Below are positions 56,640 to 64,000 of a stretch of 64,000 nucleotides of DNA, piece by piece. Numbering within the stretch: position 1 is the stretch's first letter; each line of letters starts with the position of its first letter. The stretch spans positions 22,320,001 to 22,384,000 of the forward strand of contig NC_073401.1 of the NCBI RefSeq assembly GCF_028641065.1. The letters run 5' to 3'. This DNA is from Leucoraja erinacea. Lineage: Eukaryota. The notes beneath the pieces were generated by a model. It saw only the letters and a program-made list of their open reading frames with translations, searched no databases and was not told the origin of the DNA. The translations under genes and the position numbers were made by a program.

Positions 56640-58753
56640 GAAACTAATCTTAAATGCAATGCAATATCCTTTTTTTCTGATTCAAAATATGTTGACCGGG
56701 AATTAGAAAACTTTTGATGTTTCCACCCTTTTATTTTGGAATCGATCTCCTCCCAATGTACAGTGGATGATTAATTTGAATCCTGTAATTATATTAAGCC
56801 TCGGTTAGTTGGAATGCGATATTGCGTATGACTGTCGGTACCAGGAAATGTGGGAAAGGTAGTTGACGATGGCAGTCATTAAACACCATCAGTTTGATAG
56901 CAGCCCTGCCAACATGTTCTACGTCAACACAGGTGAAGCACTGAATGCACCGAACACTTAGTCTCAGTAGGAAAAAGAATCACAATCTTATTTTCCCCCC
57001 ATCGCATTCTCCTATTCGTCCAGAGACTCAAATTCGCACCAAATACCTCCAAAGATGATTTTTGAAATAAGTATTTCTGCACATTAACGTTTTAACACAA
57101 TCCATTTATACATTTACAATTAGCCAATGCGACTCAATTCAATTAAAAACACTGGAGATAACTAGTCAATAAAATTCAATCGATCCAGATAACACTTTTT
57201 TAAAATATAGCAGAAGAGATAGAATCCACGGAAGGTACACAGAGTAGGAGCAGTATAATTTGTCAGTGAGTGGAGGACAGGTCATATAATGGTTGTGCAC
57301 ATCACACTCATTTATTTACAGCGCTGTGGCTATAAGCTCGATTGATCAAAGAAATAGACAACGGCCACCACTGTGTCCGGCTAATACGCTATTGTTGCTA
57401 CACGCACGTTCAAATTAACTTTACATTAATTCGCATGGTGGATAACACCTTTAGGATCGCCTATATTTTCATTATGCGGAAGTCCCGTGTTGGGCTTAGG
57501 AGGAGGGAAAACAAAAACGATAATCGCCTGTGAGAACCAGGGATATAGTATATTTGTAAAAAACAACATTTGGAAGAATCAAACAGTCATAGAGGTATGC
57601 AGCATGAAAACATAGTTCAACCCGTTCATACCATTCAATACACCCATCGAAGCTCCTCCAATTTGCCCGGTTTCAATCTAGACCTTTTCGGTCTGGATAT
57701 AATTAATGCAATGAAAGCACTGCCGATGAATCTGTTAGGAGACTATGTACTTGTAATGAAACACGGGATATCAAAATGACGTCTCCTTTCTCTGAATGGA
57801 TGTTATAAACGTGGCAGTAACGGAAAGAATTAGCAGAATAGCACGCTGACAGAAAATAATGATTAGAAATTGGCACAACATATCTTCCACTTAATGTGAA
57901 AAGACAATGTTTCAACTAAAATAACGTGTCGTTTAATTTTCAAAATCGTGCGCGTCTTCGGCAAAACTGGGCGGCAACTTCCCAATAGTCGTCAAGAAAG
58001 GAGTCTCATAGAGTCTCTGACCAGGAGGATCCAGTCATATACCGTAGGGAGGTAGAGAGTGCTTCGCCACAACAACACTTATCCCAATACACAGAGCATT
58101 CACATGAATTTACGATTCATCTTGGACGAATACAACGTACTATTATTTTTAATAAATTTTGCCTGTAGGGGGCAAATTCAGTGGGGGCAACTATTAAACA
58201 AATCTTTCGATTTGCAGGCTGGTTCGCTCTCCACGTGTAGCTGGTTTTAGCTAAAGGCCAAAGGAGCAAACTGCGCGATTATCGATGGGAGGGGCGAGGT
58301 TTCAACGGTGTATTGCGTTCATTGTGTGGCTCACTAGACAACTGGTTGAAATTTGCTAATTCATCGTGTCAGATAGCATCATTGAGGCATATGGAGAAGC
58401 GACGGGTTGGGTCGGGACCTTACTTCGAACTGATTGTCGTGCGGAGGGGGGGGGGGGGGGGGGGTGGTCTGAAAGAAACGTGGGGGTGGTGCTGCAAAGC
58501 TAGGTGAGTGATAGATGTATACATGTTAAATACTTTGAACGGCAGCTAGTTGGACACATGTTAGGGACGAATACAGACAGACGGCTGTGAGATAATAAGG
58601 AAATGGCCGTGAAATGTGGAGCCAGAGGAAGGAATAGCGATGGAAGGGGGCAGGGAAAGAGAAAAGGGAGGCGGGATAGAGGGAGAAATTAGCGAACATT
58701 CAGGTGGAACATAGCAAGCGGGTGGGTGGTAGAGGGAGGGGGGTTTGGTGACT

Positions 58754-58811
<58 letters not shown>
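58754..58811. repeat. Poly-G tract (~58 nt)
   Basis: Homopolymer; its length may be unreliable. Confidence 0.9.
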
Positions 58812-58814
<3 letters not shown>

Positions 58815-59239
58815 TGTGTCAGGAGCAACTGTCGATGCTGGTTTAAACCGAAGACAATCACAAAAACCTGGAATAACTCAGCGGTCAGGCAGCATCTCTG
58901 CAGAAAAATAATAGAGGACGCTTGGGCTCGAGACCTTTCTTCAGACTGACATTCAGGGGAAAGGGGAACTTGTATTTGGATAATTCAATGTTCATACAGT
59001 TGGGTTGGTAAGCTACCAACGAGAAATGTAAGATGTTCTTCCTCTCTTATGCGTGTGGCCTCACTGTTGCAATGGATGAGTATCAGGACTGATGGGAAGG
59101 CATAGGAATGAGAATGTGACCCATCTCGGTGTACACCCATTTTTCCCACTATTCCATGTGCCCCGAAGATGCTGCCTCACCAGCTGAGTTACTGCATCAC
59201 TTACTTTTTATGCAAACCAGCATGTGCGGTTCATTGCCA

Positions 59240-59552
59240 TCCGTTGCCAACGGGAAGAAGGAACAGGAGCTTGAAATCTGGACCATCCAGGTTCAGGAAC
59301 ATCTTCTTCCCCACAGCCATCAGGCTATTAAACTCGCCATCAAACAAACTCTGAACAATAGCAGCCTATTGCACTGTATCTGTTTATTTATTGTGTGTGT
59401 ATATATATATATATGGTCTATGGTATATAGACACACTGAACTTTTATCTCCTGTTCCGTATTATGTTTACATATTCTGTTGTGCTGCAGCAAGCAAGAAT
59501 TTCATTGTCCTATCTGGGACACATGACAATAAAACTCTCTTGACTCTTGACT
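59240..59552 (+). mobile_element. Rex1/Babar-type LINE 3' end
   Basis: LPTGRR..SRFRN.FFPTAIRLLN, AATAAA and a (TCTTGAC)n tail. Confidence 0.65.
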
Positions 59553-61509
59553 GTTGGGTATGTAATTAGATAATAGCTGTCACAACCGCTTGCTGCCAGC
59601 AAATAGTGAACCAAAACGTTAAGAAGGTGAGGACATCAGAACATCAATGCCGTCTAAATAGCTATGCAGGCTGGTCAGCACAAGTCCCGGATATAGCATA
59701 TGATACGATATGATAGAACTTTATTAATTCCACGAGCGAAAATGATCTGCCAACAGTCATAAAAACACAAAATAAAGTGACGAGTGAAATTGTAGTGACG
59801 AGTGGAAAAGATTGGGGGATGTGTAAAGATCGGGGGGGGGGGGGGAGAGGGAGTAGGGAGGAGGGAGGAGGGAGGAGGGAGGAGGGAGGGAGGAGGGGGG
59901 AGGGAGGAGGGAGGAGGGAGGAGGGAGGAGGGAGGAGGGAGGAGAAAGGAGGGCGGGGAGCCAGTCTCCGTCTACCCCACGACAGAAGGGGGAGGAGTTG
60001 AACAGTTTGATAGCCACAGGGAAGAAGAATCCCCTGTGGCGTTCAGTGGCGGATAAGTTCGGAACTACATCTAGGACAGTCGTTTTCCGTGTATTCACTT
60101 TCGCAACCGTTCTATCCTTACCCCTTTTGTAGTTTCCACACAGGCCTTTATCCAACCATTTGCTAATCAACCCACCCAGCCTTATCTACATCCACCAATC
60201 ACTTGCCAGATTTTGTCCCGCCAACAGCCCTCTTCCAACATAAAGTGGAGATTGACAGGTTCTTGGAGAATGGAGGTGAGAGGTAAAATAGATCAGCCAT
60301 GATAGAATAGCAAAGCAGGTTCGATTGACCGAATGGCCTAATGCTGCTCCTACGTCTTATGGATTTGTGACCCCCCATCCCCTCTACAATCAGAAACCAG
60401 AAGAAGGGTCCCGACCCAAAACGTCGCATATGTTCTCTAGATGTGATGGCCCACCCACTGATCTACTTCAGCACTTGTATCTTTTTTGTAAGGATGTATG
60501 CCGGTCGTAAGGATTTGGGAATAACCGCGATTCTGCTTTTGTTCGCACCCATGATTCTGATAAAAGCTTATCACTGACAATAGCACTAATTTTGTACTAA
60601 GCAATGGGATGTACTAGATTCTGTATAAATTTAAAAATCATAAACATGCATAAACATTGACGTAAAGTCCTCAAGATTAGTTCTGACATCCAATAACCTG
60701 CAAACTATCTAAATTTTCGATGTTAATTAGTCAATTTCCGACGCCCAAATTTGTTTTATATGGTTCTTAAAAACAGTAATAACCTTAAGCAACATTTTGT
60801 AACATTCATTTGGTTTGGTTCTACTTTCCCTGGCGTATTATGCACCCTCCTGAAACAATCATCCGCCGCAAACAAACCACCTCGCCTTTTGTGGAGTAGC
60901 ACTCGGATATCAGAGCTGAAATTCTCAATTATCTTGAGCCGATGCTTCGATCTTTAGAAATCATGTTCCCTGAATTATTTCCCTCGAAATTCCTTTTTGT
61001 GGAGTAACAAAAATACATAGGTGAAGCATAACTTCGTCATGTTTGTATCCAGTTCCCATAGCGATAAAGGGCACCTTTTGGTATTTTGATGTATACAATC
61101 TACTTGCCAGATCTGTGTCGTCTTAATTTACTATTGGCTGTCACATCTGGTCTCCTTAAGTATCATCAGCACTGATTTTCGGTCAAATTCGAGCCTTCAT
61201 TAAAGTCGTTTTAATGTATGTAAAAGAGTTGTGGGCCCACACCCTTACCCGCGACACAACAGTTTGCATTACAAACCAGAACCACACCTGATTATGCCTA
61301 CTCTCGGTTTCCTGGCAGCTGGTTTTCGATTCACCATAGATATGACCTCTGCACTGCGCGCTTTGATTTTTGTTCAACACGTTGTTGCTGCGGCACGTTA
61401 TCCTAGAAAATCCGAGTGCCTGCACCATTATCCTTATTTGGACAATGCACATCAATTCTTCAAATAATTCTATTGCATTAGTCGAACGTAACCTTACGCC
61501 AAAGTAAAG

Positions 61510-62845
61510 GACAGCTTGAAGGACTGCATCGGTGCTACCTTCTGCTACCCATGCAAAACCCATGGACTTCATCAACTTCACCACTAATTTCCATCCTGCA
61601 CTCAAATTTACTTGGCCATCTCGGGCTACCTCCCTCCCCTTTCTTGATGTCACAATCTCCATCACAGGAAATAGACTATTGACCGACGTCTATTACAAAC
61701 CCACAGACTCACACAACCATCTCGACTACACTTCTTCCCAACCTTCTTCCTGCAAATACTCTATCCCCTACTCCCTATTCCCCATCTACGCCGCATATAC
61801 GCCCAATATGAAGTGTTCCATACAAGGACACCCGAGATGTCCTCGTTGTTTAGAGAACGGGGGGTCCCCTCTTCCATCATAGACGAGGCCCTGACTGGAG
61901 TCTCCTCGGTACCCCTCCGCTCCGCCATTGCTCCCCTCCCAACACAACACTGGAGTCTCCTCGGTACCCATCCGCCATTGCTCCCCTCTAGTCACAGCAG
62001 AGACAGAATCCCGCTGGCCCTTACCTTCCACCCCATCAGCCGTCGCATACAACACATAATGCTCCGAAATTTCCGCCACCACCAACGGGATCCCTCCACT
62101 AGCCACATTTTCCCATCTCCACCCCTTTCCGCCTTCCACATAGAGCGTTCCCTCCGCAACTCCCTGGTTAACTTATCCTTTCCCACCCAAACCACCCTCT
62201 CCCCAGATACCTTGCCCTGTAATCGCAGAAGATGCAACACCTGTCCCTATTCCTCCTCCCTCGTGTCTGTCAAGGGACCCCGACAGTCCTTTCAGGTTAG
62301 GCAGAGATTCACTTGCACCTCCTCCAACCTCATCTACTGTATCCGTTGTTCAAGATGTGGACTCTTATACATCGGTGAGACCAAATGTAGACTGGGCCAT
62401 CTTTTCGCAGAACACTTTCACTCAGCCCGCCTGAACCCACCTGATCTCCCGATTACCGGACACTTTTATTCTCTTTCCCATTCCTACACAGACCTCTCTG
62501 TCCTAGGTCTCCTCCATAGTCAGAGTGAGGCTAAACGCAAATTGGAGGAACAGCATCTCATATTCCGCTTGGGCAGCTTACAGCCCACTGGTATGAATAT
62601 TAATGTATCTCCCTTCAGGTAGCCCCCGTATTCCCTATCTCGCTATCCCTCCCCCCACTCAAGTCGCACTAGCTTCGCGTTTTCACCCCACAAACCGCTA
62701 ACAATGGCCTGTTTCCTTCACCATCTCTACTTTTTGCATATATTTTATTCATTGTTCTTCATCTCTCCACATCATCGTCTATATCTCTCGTGTCCCCAAT
62801 CCCTAACCAGTCTGAAGAAGGTGTCTCGTCCCGAAATTGCAAGTC
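61510..62845 (+). mobile_element. 5'-truncated Penelope-like element (RT C-terminus, GIY-YIG endonuclease, 3' repeat), frameshifted
   Basis: FHPALKFT, LPFLDV, YKPT, then CNRRRCNTC, NLIYCIRC..C..LYIGET..RL...F.EH and P.G.N. Tail CTGAAGAAG..CCGAAA. Confidence 0.88.
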
Positions 62846-62939
62846 AGTTAATCCAACGTCAGAGGTTGGGAATTTAAAAAGGCTTGCGCATTGATGATCA
62901 GCATGTCTTGTTGGTGGAAGATTCTGTCTGACGATGTGA

Positions 62940-63760
62940 ATTTTCAAACTGGTAATTAACATGTTCATGAAGGCAGTGTCCTTAACGCCGCTTGCCTAAG
63001 CTACAGTAAAATGCATGACAGGATTACATTTGGTAAATTGGTGCAAAAGATTGGAGCCCATTGTATCCAAGGCACATTACCAAATTGGATGTAAATTGAT
63101 CTAGGTATTACGATGCAGTAGATAATGGTGGACAATTGCTTTTGCGAATGGAAGCCTGTGACCAGCTTTGTAAGCAACGATCAGTGAGGGCTATTTGTTA
63201 TATGAAGTCTATAATTCAGCCGGGCATGTAGGAGGTATGATTAATAAGGTGGCACGCCAAGCGGTGGTTGATACCGAGAGTGTCAGTCTGCAAAATGATA
63301 TCGATCATCGGGTAAAATGTGAAAGGTAATTACATGTGGAATTTAATCCTGATTATTATGCGGTGTTGCATGATAGGGTTTTACATAATGGTAGGCCATA
63401 CACCATGAATGGTCGGGCCCTGGGGCGTTGAAGAACATAGGGTTCGCAGTCTACGGTTGGAAAGTTCCATGGACATAGCAGTGCACGTATGAAGTGATAA
63501 ATATGGCGTATGAGGTATTGTATTCAACAGCACATGCATCAAATATAAGAGATCGGACTTACTTCAACTTTATAAAACATTGGGTATTCTGTGACGTTCT
63601 ACGAATATTCTGTGCAGTTCTGATCAGTGCACTATAGAACGGACGTGACTATACGGGAGGGTTTGCACTAAATTATTCACTTGGATGTTGCCTGTGATGG
63701 AATGTTTCATTTCCAAGGAAAGACTCGATAGGCCAGCTTCGTTTTCTATGAACTAGTTAA
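62940..63760 (+). mobile_element. Old degenerate CR1-type fragment
   Basis: Eroded remnants of CR1 RT coding sequence. Confidence 0.5.
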
Positions 63761-64000
63761 GTTGGTGCGTGAACATGATTGTGATATACAAAATTACGAG
63801 GAAAATAAATAGTGTAGAAGTAAGCCACTTGGGTACACAGCAGAGGTGTCCAAGCCAGGATCCAAGGGAGTGATTTCTCATCCAACATGCTTTTGCCATT
63901 TGGAATGCTGTGTAGCGTCTGAATGAGCACCGCAGTCATGGTAAGTTAATATCTAATGTTAGTAAACTTCTCTCTGTCTCGCAAAGAGAGATACACTATA

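Noticed and set aside
58726-60170. Gly-rich and Pro/Ser-rich ORFs
   Set aside because: Derived from poly-G and (GGAG)n low-complexity tracts.

Overview
Vertebrate genomic DNA, most likely a cartilaginous fish (skate/ray-like repeat content). The window holds a multicluster immunoglobulin light-chain locus. There are four apparently intact L-(germline-joined VJ)-C genes that resemble type II (lambda/NS3) light chains: c1 on + (364-2196), c2 on - (19487-22356), c3 on - (34861-36905) and a divergent c4 on + (53336-56357). An orphan, degenerate C exon lies at 44015-44268. No recombination signal sequences flank the V-J joins. The space between clusters is mostly transposable elements: a near full-length Tx1-clade LINE in a (GA)n microsatellite (8814-15559), many CR1-type fragments, Rex1/Babar and Penelope-like fragments, Penelope-derived palindromic units with hammerhead-like cores, SINEs, and small DNA transposons, one of which carries a strong CTCF motif. 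Paralogue comparison shows c1 is a mosaic (5' half like c3, 3' half like c2) and that c1 and c2 form an inverted repeat. There are two N gaps. All identifications come from reading the sequence by eye; no searches were run, and repeat boundaries are approximate unless a target-site duplication (TSD) is given.
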